Source: Candidatus Bathyarchaeota archaeon (GTDB lineage: Archaea > Thermoproteota > Bathyarchaeia > TCS64). From it: DNA of 64,000 nt. The translations under genes were made by a program, and so were the position numbers. The notes under the pieces are model-generated. The model had not been told where the DNA came from. It did no database searches and saw nothing but the letters and a program-made list of their open reading frames with translations. Shown in pieces: positions 36,695 to 45,637 of this stretch; within the stretch, counting starts at the first letter, position 1, and the number at the start of each line of letters is the position of its first letter. The stretch lies in the NCBI GenBank assembly GCA_026014875.1, contig JAOZHO010000017.1:11611-75610 (forward strand). The letters run 5' to 3'.

Positions 36695-37061
36695 AAGCGT
36701 CTCGAGGACCCCTGTGAAGATCGTCGTTGAGGGTGTGGGAGAGGCAAAAGGGGAGCTCGTGAGGATCCTCGCCCCCCTCACAGTCGGGACGATCCTCGGC
36801 AAGCTCCCCCTGAAAGGGAGGGCCCACGTCAGGGGCGGGGGGCTCTCGATGATCCTAGGGATCCGGCGGGGAGCGGAGAAGGCGGTGAACTCGGTGAAGG
36901 CCGGGGACATCGCGTACTGGCCGATGCAGGACTCCCTAGTCATCTATTTCCAGGACTCGAAGCCCTATGGTCCCGTCAACAAGGTGGGGACTGTCTCCGA
37001 GAACCTCGAACTCTTCCAGAGTCTCAAAGGCGGAGCCAGGATAAGAATCGAGAAAATATAG
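36687..37061 (+). CDS. hypothetical protein, cyclophilin-like fold candidate (DUF3830-like)
   Basis: 124-aa ORF overlapping the rimK-like stop by 8 nt, so co-transcription is likely. Confidence 0.4.
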   Translation: MAESVSRTPVKIVVEGVGEAKGELVRILAPLTVGTILGKLPLKGRAHVRGGGLSMILGIRRGAEKAVNSVKAGDIAYWPMQDSLVIYFQDSKPYGPVNKVGTVSENLELFQSLKGGARIRIEKI

Positions 37062-37112
37062 CCTATCCCAGAGTTCAGGGATAGCTTGAGCCCTTGCGTT
37101 TATGCTGTCTCG

Positions 37113-37415
37113 CTATTGGGTGAGGGCGTAGACTTTGAGGTTGTGGCTTCTGGAGGCGAGGGTGATAACTTTCTGCTCCATGAGTTCATTGAGGAGCTTA
37201 TTGGCGGTGCTCACCTTCAGGTTGTAGTGGATCGCGAGACCGGTGGGGGTGATGGCCTTCATCTTTCCCAGTTGCTCCATGAGTTCCTCGTTGCTCATAT
37301 CGGGGATGTCCAGGGAGCCGATGGTCTTTTTGAATCGCACTTTCTCCTTGGTCTCCCCCTTCGCCTTCCGCCTCTGCTGCTTCTCGATCTGCTTCATGCT
37401 TCTTTTAGCGGGCAT
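37113..37415 (-). CDS. rps25e: 30S ribosomal protein S25e
   Basis: Lys-rich N-terminus followed by the winged-helix SNEELMEQLGKMKAITPTGLAIHYNLKVSTANKLLNELMEQKVI, typical of archaeal S25e. Confidence 0.75.
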   Translation of the reverse strand: MPAKRSMKQIEKQQRRKAKGETKEKVRFKKTIGSLDIPDMSNEELMEQLGKMKAITPTGLAIHYNLKVSTANKLLNELMEQKVITLASRSHNLKVYALTQ

Positions 37416-37524
37416 AGCGTTTCACATTCTGTATCGGAGAGTCACTGATAAACGTGACGCCAAGGGCCATTGGGCACCCAACCCGAGCGAAACAAGGTTT
37501 AGATAAAGCCTCCCGAATGTACTA

Positions 37525-37761
37525 GTGAGCGCTTTGTACGTCGAGGTCATGATCGATAAGGCTCTGAGGCTGCTACAGTCAGGCCGGGTGGAGCGCCTCG
37601 AAGGTGACAGGTACAACGTGATCGGCAACCACGGGACCTACAACGTCGTCGCGAGGGACGGGAAGGTGATGTGCACCTGCCCGGGGTTCCAGTCCAGGAG
37701 GCGATGCTCCCACTCCTCCGCCGTCACGATCCTCAGAGCCCGGCGTAGACAGAGAAGCTGA
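37525..37761 (+). CDS. small SWIM zinc-finger protein
   Basis: CTCPGFQSRRRCSHSSA fits the SWIM CxCxnCxH signature. 78 aa. Confidence 0.5.
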   Translation: MSALYVEVMIDKALRLLQSGRVERLEGDRYNVIGNHGTYNVVARDGKVMCTCPGFQSRRRCSHSSAVTILRARRRQRS

Positions 37762-37955
37762 TTTCCTGAGATCCGGCCCTAGTCCACACTCTAGAACGGG
37801 GAGCGATCCGCCCCGCAGACCGTGCAGATCTGCTACGCGGTGCTCCTCTCCCAGATGATGAGGACCTTCGCCTTCTCGACGTAAGCCTTGTGGACGTTGT
37901 CTGCAGTGCGTTTATCCATCAGTATACTTTTACTTGAGGGCCGAATGCGGAAAAT

Positions 37956-38011
37956 GTTTATAAGTTACCTTTCGGTAATTACCGTTCAGTAACTTACCAA
38001 ATGGTAAGGAG
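37956..38011 (+). promoter_or_regulatory. promoter/operator: TTTATAA TATA box (37956-37962), two TTACC-N4-GGTAA palindromes (37964-37977, 37993-38006), GGAGG ribosome-binding site (RBS) at 38007-38011
   Basis: Read directly from the sequence. The palindromes straddle the expected transcription start site (TSS) about 25 bp downstream of the TATA box. Confidence 0.5.
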
Positions 38012-38022
38012 GATCTTCGGCT

Positions 38023-38424
38023 ATGCTGAAACTGAAGCTCGAGGAGGACGGCAAGGTCCTGTGGGAGATACCCCTCCAGGCGAAGGCCTGGGACAGACAC
38101 TCCCTGAGGCGGGAACTCGACAAGGTCGAGAGAGACATGGCCCGATTCGAAGCCACATTCAACGCCCTCGCAAACCACGGCAGGATGCGGATGATGCGGA
38201 TCTTCTTCAGAGACACGGAGAGGCCCATGGGCTTCACGGAGCTCATGAACGAGCTCGGGATGAACCCCAAGATCGTCTCAGAGTCCACCAAGCGCCTTAG
38301 GAGCACCGGGCTCATCGAGAAGAACGAGAACGGCAAGTACAGCCCCACCCGAACGGGGGAGGCCCAGTTCCTCATGATGAGCGTCGCGATGAGGCGGATG
38401 CTGGAGATCATGGAACAACTATAG
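38023..38424 (+). CDS. winged-helix transcriptional regulator (ArsR/MarR-like wHTH)
   Basis: 133 aa with the wHTH segment GFTELMNELGMNPKIVSESTKRLRSTGLIEKNENGKYSPT. Lies immediately upstream of hsp20. Confidence 0.6.
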   Translation: MLKLKLEEDGKVLWEIPLQAKAWDRHSLRRELDKVERDMARFEATFNALANHGRMRMMRIFFRDTERPMGFTELMNELGMNPKIVSESTKRLRSTGLIEKNENGKYSPTRTGEAQFLMMSVAMRRMLEIMEQL

Positions 38425-38435
38425 GAGGAAAGTGA

Positions 38436-38993
38436 ATGAATTTCGACGAAATAATCAAGGAGATGGAGGCCTTCCAGAGAAAGGTAATGGGATCCATGCT
38501 CGACGACTTCGGAGACTCCGGACGGTTCAAGCCTTTCGGTGGCTTCGAGGGCATCGACGAGAGGTTCAAGGAGCTCGAGAATGGGGGCCGGTCCGGGATG
38601 CCCCAGGGTGAGTGGCGCTTCGAGCGCATCGACCGCCCCGGGGTCAAGGGGTTCATAGCCAGAGGCATGTTCACCCACCCCGACGTGCTAAAGAAGCCCG
38701 ACGAGATCCTGCCCCCCCTCAGGCCTGAGCCGGGGAGGCCCAGAAGGCCCCTCTACGACATCCAAGCCGAGGAGGGGCGGCTCAGGATCTACATCGAGCT
38801 CCCGGGCGTCGACGAGGATGCCATAAGCCTCGAGGTCATGGACGGGATGCTGAGGCTCCATGCCGGGGACTTTGAGGAGGAGATCGACCTCAACCGCTGG
38901 ATCGTCGACCCCGACAAGATGGCCACCCAGTATGGCAACGGGGTCCTAGAGGTCACCATCCCCAAGGAAGACCTCGAAGAGCAGAGGGTCTAA
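38436..38993 (+). CDS. hsp20: small heat-shock protein, Hsp20/alpha-crystallin family
   Basis: Alpha-crystallin domain PLYDIQAEEGRLRIYIELPGVDEDAISLEV...GVLEVTIPK. Confidence 0.85.
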   Translation: MNFDEIIKEMEAFQRKVMGSMLDDFGDSGRFKPFGGFEGIDERFKELENGGRSGMPQGEWRFERIDRPGVKGFIARGMFTHPDVLKKPDEILPPLRPEPGRPRRPLYDIQAEEGRLRIYIELPGVDEDAISLEVMDGMLRLHAGDFEEEIDLNRWIVDPDKMATQYGNGVLEVTIPKEDLEEQRV

Positions 38994-39613
38994 CCCCCAT
39001 CCATTTTTTGCAGCCTTTTTTCCGCTTCAACGATCACTTCCGCTGTGTCCACGTCGAACAGCGTGAGAAGCTCCGGGTCCCTCTCCCTCAGGGAATCAAT
39101 GGGGATATGCTTCACATCCGGGAGCCTCCTCAGGATCATCCGCAGCCTCATATTTTTCTCCTCGAAAAGCTCCCCGGCAATTCTCAGCGAAGGCTCCACG
39201 CGATAGACAGAGAAGAAAGGCTCAATCCACCCGTTCGGCCACTCGAATGTGGCACCGTCGTGGCCCTCGGCCTCGGCGAAGAGCCACCGGACGACGTCAG
39301 GGACGACGAAGGGCATATCGCATGCGGTGATCAATGCGTATTCCCCGCGAGCCCTCTGGAGACCCGTGATGGCGCCCACCAGGGGTGAGCCGTCCCCGTA
39401 TACGTCGATGAGAATCTCGGCACGATCCCCCAACACGTCGGAGTATTTCCCATGCTGTTCCACAGAGCCCACGACTATGAGCACCTCATCAACGACAGCG
39501 GAGACCCCATTCAAAATATGGCAGACCATGGGCTCATCGGCGAGGTCCAGTAACCCCTTGTCCCTCTTCATCCGGGTCGAGTCCCCCCCGGCGAGGACGA
39601 TAGCGGTTCGCAT
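38990..39613 (-). CDS. mobA: molybdenum cofactor guanylyltransferase MobA
   Basis: AIVLAGGDSTRMKRDKGLL...ITACDMPFV is the MobA nucleotide-binding signature. Confidence 0.85.
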   Translation of the reverse strand: MRTAIVLAGGDSTRMKRDKGLLDLADEPMVCHILNGVSAVVDEVLIVVGSVEQHGKYSDVLGDRAEILIDVYGDGSPLVGAITGLQRARGEYALITACDMPFVVPDVVRWLFAEAEGHDGATFEWPNGWIEPFFSVYRVEPSLRIAGELFEEKNMRLRMILRRLPDVKHIPIDSLRERDPELLTLFDVDTAEVIVEAEKRLQKMDGG

Positions 39614-40133
39614 GCTTGGAATCTACTTTCTCTATGTTTACTAGATTAAAGTACTCCTGTTGGTGGGCATCTGTATCCTATGCTCGTACATGGACTCAGG
39701 CTCGCTGAAACGTAAGATACGGTTTTTTCCCATTTTATTGCGTTTTCAAGCGTTCCCGCCCTGTTTAGGCTCCTTTCACTATCGGTTTCCGATACATTGC
39801 CCGTAATAATCGTTTTATTAACGGAAATTAGGGATGAGACCGAGCATATCGTTCACATGGAAAGGGGTGCGTCGGATGTCGAACATGCCTACCTGGTTCC
39901 TGAAGATATACGTGTTATTCGGATCTTCCTTATTGTTCTGGATTTTAGGCGGCAAAGCATGGTTCATGAGAGAACGAACCTGATGGAAGGATATGCTCAC
40001 CCCCTTTTTTTGGGGGATAGGATCTCGTTAATCGAGCCGTTCCCAGCTCCCGTTTGAGAGAACTCGATGATAAAGTGAACAATTCTGTTAATATAAGATA
40101 ATTTATACGCTTACCCTCCCTAGATAATCCATT

Positions 40134-41021
40134 ATGGCGAAGGGGCTGCCGAGCTACGAGGAGGTCGTGGAGGCCTCCCTCGAGGTCTTCGAGCAGTACG
40201 ACACCGCCCTCACCCTCCGCCAGCTCTACTACCGCCTCGTCTCGAGACACCTCTTCCCCAACACCATCAACAGCTACAAGCGCCTCAGCCGCCTCATGGT
40301 GAAGGCGAGAGAGCGGAGGGATGTCCCGGTGAACTGCCTCGAGGACCGGAGCCGCCGCATCCTGGGGAGGGGGGACGCTGGATTCACCTCGGCCGAGGAG
40401 TTCCTGAAGAAGCGGATCGCGAGCCTCAGGGAGAGCTACAAGGAGTTCAGGCTGCCCATGTGGGTGGATCAGCCCAACTACATCCTGGTGAGCCTGGAGA
40501 AGGACGCCCTGAGCCGCCTCGTGGGCGACATCGCGAACCAGTACTCTGTGCGCACCTTCCCCACCCGGGGCTACCCCAGCTTCACCTACGTCCAGAGGAT
40601 GGCCTCCTACATGAGGAACCGCCTCAGCGGGAAGCCCACCGTGGTCCTCTACTTCGGAGACTTTGACCCCAGCGGCGTAGACATCGAGAGGGACCTCAGC
40701 GAGAGGCTGGGCAAATACGATGCGGGGGACTTCACAGTCGTGAGGGTCGCCCTCACCGACGAGCAGATCACCAAGTACAACCTCCCCCCGATGCCTGTGA
40801 AGACCAGCGACGCCCGATCCGAGGCCTTCCTGGAGGCCTACGGGAACAAGTCGGTGGAGCTAGACGCCCTCGACCCGAATACGCTCAAACTCATGGTGGC
40901 CCAGAGCATCTCCTCCCACATCAACCTCGACGCTTGGAAGAAGAAAGAGGCGGAGATCGAGAAGCTCAAACTCTGGATCAAGCAAAAGCTCGAGAACATG
41001 GAGAACCTTGTCACCGAGTAA
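40134..41021 (+). CDS. Topo VI-A / Spo11-like core protein (5Y-CAP plus Toprim), stand-alone, no adjacent Top6B
   Basis: TLRQLYY (R29, Y32/33) matches the Spo11 KRDI(F/Y)Y catalytic-Tyr motif. YILVSLEKDAL (E122) and LYFGDFDPSGVDI (D176, D178) are the Toprim E and DxD. Spacings Y->E 89, E->DxD 54 and DxD->C-terminus 117 match M. jannaschii Top6A (94/52/118). The protein lacks the roughly 70-aa N-terminal region of canonical Top6A. Confidence 0.7.
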   Translation: MAKGLPSYEEVVEASLEVFEQYDTALTLRQLYYRLVSRHLFPNTINSYKRLSRLMVKARERRDVPVNCLEDRSRRILGRGDAGFTSAEEFLKKRIASLRESYKEFRLPMWVDQPNYILVSLEKDALSRLVGDIANQYSVRTFPTRGYPSFTYVQRMASYMRNRLSGKPTVVLYFGDFDPSGVDIERDLSERLGKYDAGDFTVVRVALTDEQITKYNLPPMPVKTSDARSEAFLEAYGNKSVELDALDPNTLKLMVAQSISSHINLDAWKKKEAEIEKLKLWIKQKLENMENLVTE

Positions 41022-41059
41022 AAGGCCCCCTCGATCCCCCTGCTGAGATAACTTTGAAA

Positions 41060-41536
41060 TTAATTTGTGATGCTTGAGAAACGAGGATTATCCAGCAATC
41101 CCCTGATCGCCTCGTCGCTGTAGCTGAGGAGCTTCCCCAGCCCCCAGGCGAGCTCCAACTCCACCTCCTCGGTGAGAGCGCCCTCCTCAAGGCTGCGTTT
41201 CCTCAACTCCTTCAACCGCCTGTACTCGTCGAGGGTCGCCCGCTCAGCCGCTATGTGGATCACCCGTTTCCCCCGGGTGTACTCTGGGTTGAAGAGCTGG
41301 GTGACTAAAAAGTCGTCGTCGATATCCAGGATTAGCCCGTACTCCTCGGCGATCAGTCTCACATCATCCCAGATGGCGTCGAACTGCTCCACCGTGAGGG
41401 TGGGGCTCAGGGCCAGCCTCTTGCAGCCGGAGCCCACGATCTCAGCGAAGGCGTAGATCATCCCCAGCTGGTACGACCTCTGGTCTAAGACGCTAGAGTC
41501 GAATCTCCTTTTCTCGGATCTATCGACCATTTTCAT
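41060..41536 (-). CDS. hypothetical protein
   Basis: 158-aa ORF convergent with the Top6A-like gene. No recognised family. Confidence 0.4.
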   Translation of the reverse strand: MKMVDRSEKRRFDSSVLDQRSYQLGMIYAFAEIVGSGCKRLALSPTLTVEQFDAIWDDVRLIAEEYGLILDIDDDFLVTQLFNPEYTRGKRVIHIAAERATLDEYRRLKELRKRSLEEGALTEEVELELAWGLGKLLSYSDEAIRGLLDNPRFSSITN

Positions 41537-41585
41537 GAAGAGAGTTCCGAAGGGTTAAAACAGTTATCAGGAAAGACTAGGAACC

Positions 41586-43361
41586 TCAGCCGGCCAGAGC
41601 CGTCGCCTCTTCGATCAACCCCGTCGCCCTGTCGAGGGCTTTGCAAACCCTGTTGGTCTCCCTGACCATCCTCGTCCTCAGGAAGCCCGCCTCGTCGCTC
41701 CCCGGGTCGAGCCCCGCGATTTTTGCAGCGTTCTGGAGGGCCGGGAGGTGTGGGATGCCGTAGGCGGGGTCCTGGTCGAAGGGGCCGGTGTCGGTATAGA
41801 AAGTCGATGTCAGTATTCGGGTTATCTCGACGAGTAGGTCGTTGATTGCGGGAGCCTTCTTCTCACCTAGGCCGTCAATGGCCCCGTTCAACGTCTCCGC
41901 CTTGATCTTAAGTGCCCTGACCCTGTCGAGGACGGGTCCCAGATTGTAGGTTCCCGAAGCTGCCCGGGTCTGGATCTCCGTGGCGGTCTCTTCATACATC
42001 TCCGCGACCTGGGCGAAATCGAAGGGGAAGACCCTGGAGTTCACTGATCGGCGTATGGCGAGGGCCTCCATCCTGATGTCCCTGAGGAGGTTATCCTTGT
42101 CCCCCTTGTCCAGGGTGTCGAAGGCGCTGTGCCACCACCAGGCCCCGCCGCTCCCCCCGATCCATCTGCCCCTGTGGGGGCTCCCCTCGGGGATGTTGGC
42201 CCGGACGGCGACGCTGGGTATCCCTATGCCGTAGAAGGACTGGTCCCCGGCCCTCATGTAGTAGGCCCGGGACTCGATGCCCTCCTGGCCCGAGGCGTCC
42301 TCCGCGGCTATCCGGATGGCCTCCATGGTGCCCATGAGGCCTCCGCCTCCCAGCTCCGAGGCCCCCAGGACTCCGGGGGAGTCGATGTTCATGGAGAGGA
42401 AGCAGTTGCGGTCCAGGTCGTGGAACCTGTTGTCGGCGTACCATGTCGAGGCTGAGTAGCGCCCCGTGGAGTGGCCGGACCACCAGGCGATCCTTACGCT
42501 CCTCTTGAGCTTCCCCTTGTTCTCCTCGAGGAGCCTCGCGAGCTCCAGGAGGGCAGCGTTCCCAGTGCAGTTATCCGTGGTTCCCAGGTACCAGGAGTCC
42601 ATGTGGCCGTGGACAAGCATGAACTTCTCGGGCCTCTCGGAGCCCTCGATCTCTGCGACGGTGAAGGGTATCCTCCTCCACCGGGTGTCCGTCCTCGCCT
42701 TGAGGTTGACCCTCACGGGGCCCTCCTTCGCCATATCCATGAGCCTCTCCCCGTCGCTGTGCTTCACTGAGACCGCGGTGATGTCCGGTATCCTCTCCGC
42801 GGATTCGGGGGTAGGAGTCCCCCAGATCGTGGTGACGATCATCTCATGGAGGACGTCCCCGCCGCAGATGTGGATCTGGGCGATGGCTCCCGCCTGCTGG
42901 GCCGCCCAGACCACCGCGGGGCTCGCGACGCCGTACATCAGTGCGATCTTTCCTTCGACGTTGGAGGCTTTGTACTGGTCCACGAGGTCCCCTAGGCCCG
43001 TGAATAGGCTGCTGGGGGAGACGGGCACGTAGACCATCTCGGCCTCGATTCCCTCCTCGGGGGTGGCCTTGGAGAACGAGTGAGTGATGCACTCCACGTC
43101 CCGGCCTGCCGGGGAGACGACTCTGAGGGACGCCTCCTTGGGGTGGCTTATCAGGGAGTCGAACTCGATGGCCTCATATTTGACGCCGTACTCCTCGAGC
43201 TTCTCCCGTATGTACTCGTGGGCCTTCATCTCCCCCTCGGTCCCGGAGGTCTTGTCCAGGGTCGAGAGGTGCTCCACGTGGCTCCAGGTCTCGTCGATGT
43301 CGATCCCGGAGAGGAACTTTTTCTCTTCTTTCGATAACATCTTCAAACCTCTTCTCTTCAT
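41586..43361 (-). CDS. M28 family peptidase with PA domain
   Basis: HGHMDSWYLGTTDNCTGNAALLELAR and WWSGHSTG are M28 zinc-ligand motifs, with a PA-domain insert. Confidence 0.8.
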   Translation of the reverse strand: MKRRGLKMLSKEEKKFLSGIDIDETWSHVEHLSTLDKTSGTEGEMKAHEYIREKLEEYGVKYEAIEFDSLISHPKEASLRVVSPAGRDVECITHSFSKATPEEGIEAEMVYVPVSPSSLFTGLGDLVDQYKASNVEGKIALMYGVASPAVVWAAQQAGAIAQIHICGGDVLHEMIVTTIWGTPTPESAERIPDITAVSVKHSDGERLMDMAKEGPVRVNLKARTDTRWRRIPFTVAEIEGSERPEKFMLVHGHMDSWYLGTTDNCTGNAALLELARLLEENKGKLKRSVRIAWWSGHSTGRYSASTWYADNRFHDLDRNCFLSMNIDSPGVLGASELGGGGLMGTMEAIRIAAEDASGQEGIESRAYYMRAGDQSFYGIGIPSVAVRANIPEGSPHRGRWIGGSGGAWWWHSAFDTLDKGDKDNLLRDIRMEALAIRRSVNSRVFPFDFAQVAEMYEETATEIQTRAASGTYNLGPVLDRVRALKIKAETLNGAIDGLGEKKAPAINDLLVEITRILTSTFYTDTGPFDQDPAYGIPHLPALQNAAKIAGLDPGSDEAGFLRTRMVRETNRVCKALDRATGLIEEATALAG

Positions 43362-44104
43362 TTCATGCTCGGGGGGACCGGGTACGCCCTCTTGCTGTGG
43401 GTGAGTCCCAGGTCGATGAGGGTCTCAGCGGTCTTAACGGCAGCCTTGACGGGGTTCACGACAGGCACACCGATCTCCTCGGATAGTTTCTCGTCCACCA
43501 TGAGGAAGCCCATGCTCATGCAGCCGTAGGTCACGGAAGCGGCTCCGTACTCATCGACGGCCTTCTTCCCTTCCCTCACCATCGCCTCGTAGGCCTCCCT
43601 GGGCTTGGCCCTGACCTCGGGCACCGTGAGCCCCGTCTGGTGGATCGAGACCAGCTTCATGAGGCCGTCTCTCTCGTGGATCTCGGGGACCTTGACCGGC
43701 CCCTTCCCCACTGTGATGATCGAGAATCTGGAGCCGAGCAGGGAGCAGATGTGCTTCGCGGCGGATCCCGGCGGCACCACGGGGATGGTGAGCACCTCCC
43801 TCAGGGGGGCTATGCCAGGGTCGCCTCCGCAGGGGATGATCACCGCCTGGTAGCCCGCCTCCTCGGCGGCCATCGCGCACTTGAGGTCCCCGATGGTGGA
43901 GAGGGCGGCATCGTAGCTCGACTCGACGGTTCCCAGGTGGCTCTTCTCCGGGTCAGGTTCGAGCCCGAATATGTCGATCTCGGTGCCAGGGGAGGCGATC
44001 TCCCTGAGGACCCCCTCTCTCCTGGCGAGCTCCCCCGAGAGCCTGCCGGTGGAGGCGCTCTCCATCAAGTAGGCGATCTTTCTCATGATCAATCGGAGGT
44101 GCAA
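43358..44104 (-). CDS. Asp/Glu/hydantoin racemase family protein
   Basis: Two-Cys racemase-like layout (AVIIPCGGDP ... VTYGCMSMG), 248 aa. Confidence 0.75.
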   Translation of the reverse strand: MHLRLIMRKIAYLMESASTGRLSGELARREGVLREIASPGTEIDIFGLEPDPEKSHLGTVESSYDAALSTIGDLKCAMAAEEAGYQAVIIPCGGDPGIAPLREVLTIPVVPPGSAAKHICSLLGSRFSIITVGKGPVKVPEIHERDGLMKLVSIHQTGLTVPEVRAKPREAYEAMVREGKKAVDEYGAASVTYGCMSMGFLMVDEKLSEEIGVPVVNPVKAAVKTAETLIDLGLTHSKRAYPVPPSMK

Positions 44105-44612
44105 AGGCTTTACATGATAATAACATTGACGTTAGACTTCGTGATGCGTGGGCCCAGGATGCTAGGAGAAAAGAGGCGGAGAGGTCCAAGGCATGTCAGG
44201 TGCCCTGACATTTAGCTCAGGGACCGCTCCTGTGCGATTTATCGTCAGACGTCTCTTAAGGTTTATGGATTATTTACACATGAATTGAAAGTACACTCCG
44301 GTTTGAACTGGGCGGTTCTCCAAGCATTCCTTTACCGACCCGACCATAGGCCATAGACCCTTCTTTTAAGCGACCTAGTTTCATCCATCTCCCTCCTCCT
44401 GATAGCTGGGTTCCGTTTATATCGTGCCCCGGCTCCTCGCGTGATGGAAGCCATGGGTGAGTCCAGGAATCTCCTTGAGTGGGTGAAGAAGAACAGGCCC
44501 AGAGACCTCAGAGCCAACCGGATTAGAGTCTCCGAGAAGCCTCGTAGGCGCAGGCTGGCTATCAGCTGAATCATGGCTTTTAGGGATAATATTATTCGTG
44601 CTTGACAGAGTC

Positions 44613-45137
44613 TCAGCGTTCATCGATGAGGTTATCGTATCTCATCCATTTCCCGTTCTCCAGATCGTAGAACCAGGCCTTCTTGGGGCGTTCCCGGGCT
44701 CTGGCGCTCACCTCCAGGAGCCTCTCGGCTGAACGCCTGTCCTCGAACCTGATGCGTAGGCCAGTGCGTCCCTCCACAATCTCCGCCAAGGCGGGGCAGT
44801 TGAGGTCGAGGCCCATCTGCTGCCTGCCTTGGGGGCCCTCCCTGAGGGAGAAGGGAAATTGTCGGCAACTCGCAGGCCTCCTGTCGTGAATGCGGCACTC
44901 GGCTTCCCCAAGGTGAGGGCACGTCTCCTCAACTAGCTGGTGGGCGATGACGGTGAAGCCCCTCTCATGGGGGCGTCTCCCGATCCCGACGGCGGGCCTG
45001 ACAGATGCCTCAGGGAACAACTCCTCCTCTCCCGGGAGCAGCGTGAGCCCTCTCAGGACCCCCTTGTCCTCCTGCACGAGGTCCCTGCAACACGTGCCGC
45101 ACCTTCGGCACTCGAAGACCGTTTCATCCCCCGGCAT
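44613..45137 (-). CDS. YkgJ-family cysteine-cluster protein (UPF0153)
   Basis: FECRRCGTCCR ... CPHL...C ... C is the CxxCxxCC signature of the YkgJ Fe-S/Zn-binding family. Confidence 0.75.
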   Translation of the reverse strand: MPGDETVFECRRCGTCCRDLVQEDKGVLRGLTLLPGEEELFPEASVRPAVGIGRRPHERGFTVIAHQLVEETCPHLGEAECRIHDRRPASCRQFPFSLREGPQGRQQMGLDLNCPALAEIVEGRTGLRIRFEDRRSAERLLEVSARARERPKKAWFYDLENGKWMRYDNLIDER

Positions 45138-45637
45138 ATCGAATCATCTTGGAGTTCGGAGTTATTGAACTAACCTGCCTGTGATGCCTCAATGGACCCC
45201 CCTCATTCACTTTCATAAGAGTCCTCAGCCAAGCACGGGGAACTCAGTCAGATGCGGTTTGGTGCATCCATATGGGATGAAAAACGGTGCGTATGGTGTC
45301 AATGAAGATTATTCTCATAAAAATATCTGAGAAAGGTGATGATCAAATATCTCGATGGGTTATGTGACACTCATGTCGAAGGGAGAACGTACACAAGAGC
45401 AAAAAAAGCCGCTACCCCCAAGTATGGTTGAACAACTCTTCAATTTTTAATGATGTAAACGTCAAGCCCGTTGAAACGTGATTGAAAAAAGAGAAGAAAA
45501 ATTTGTAACCCCCGTTTAATGACCCTTCTCTCCGCGAACAGCCAATTTCCGTTATACATATTGAAGTTATATGGCAAATCCTAGCCCCCAGAACCACCCT
45601 TAGTTTTAAATATGAATAAAGAAAGAATAAGATCACC

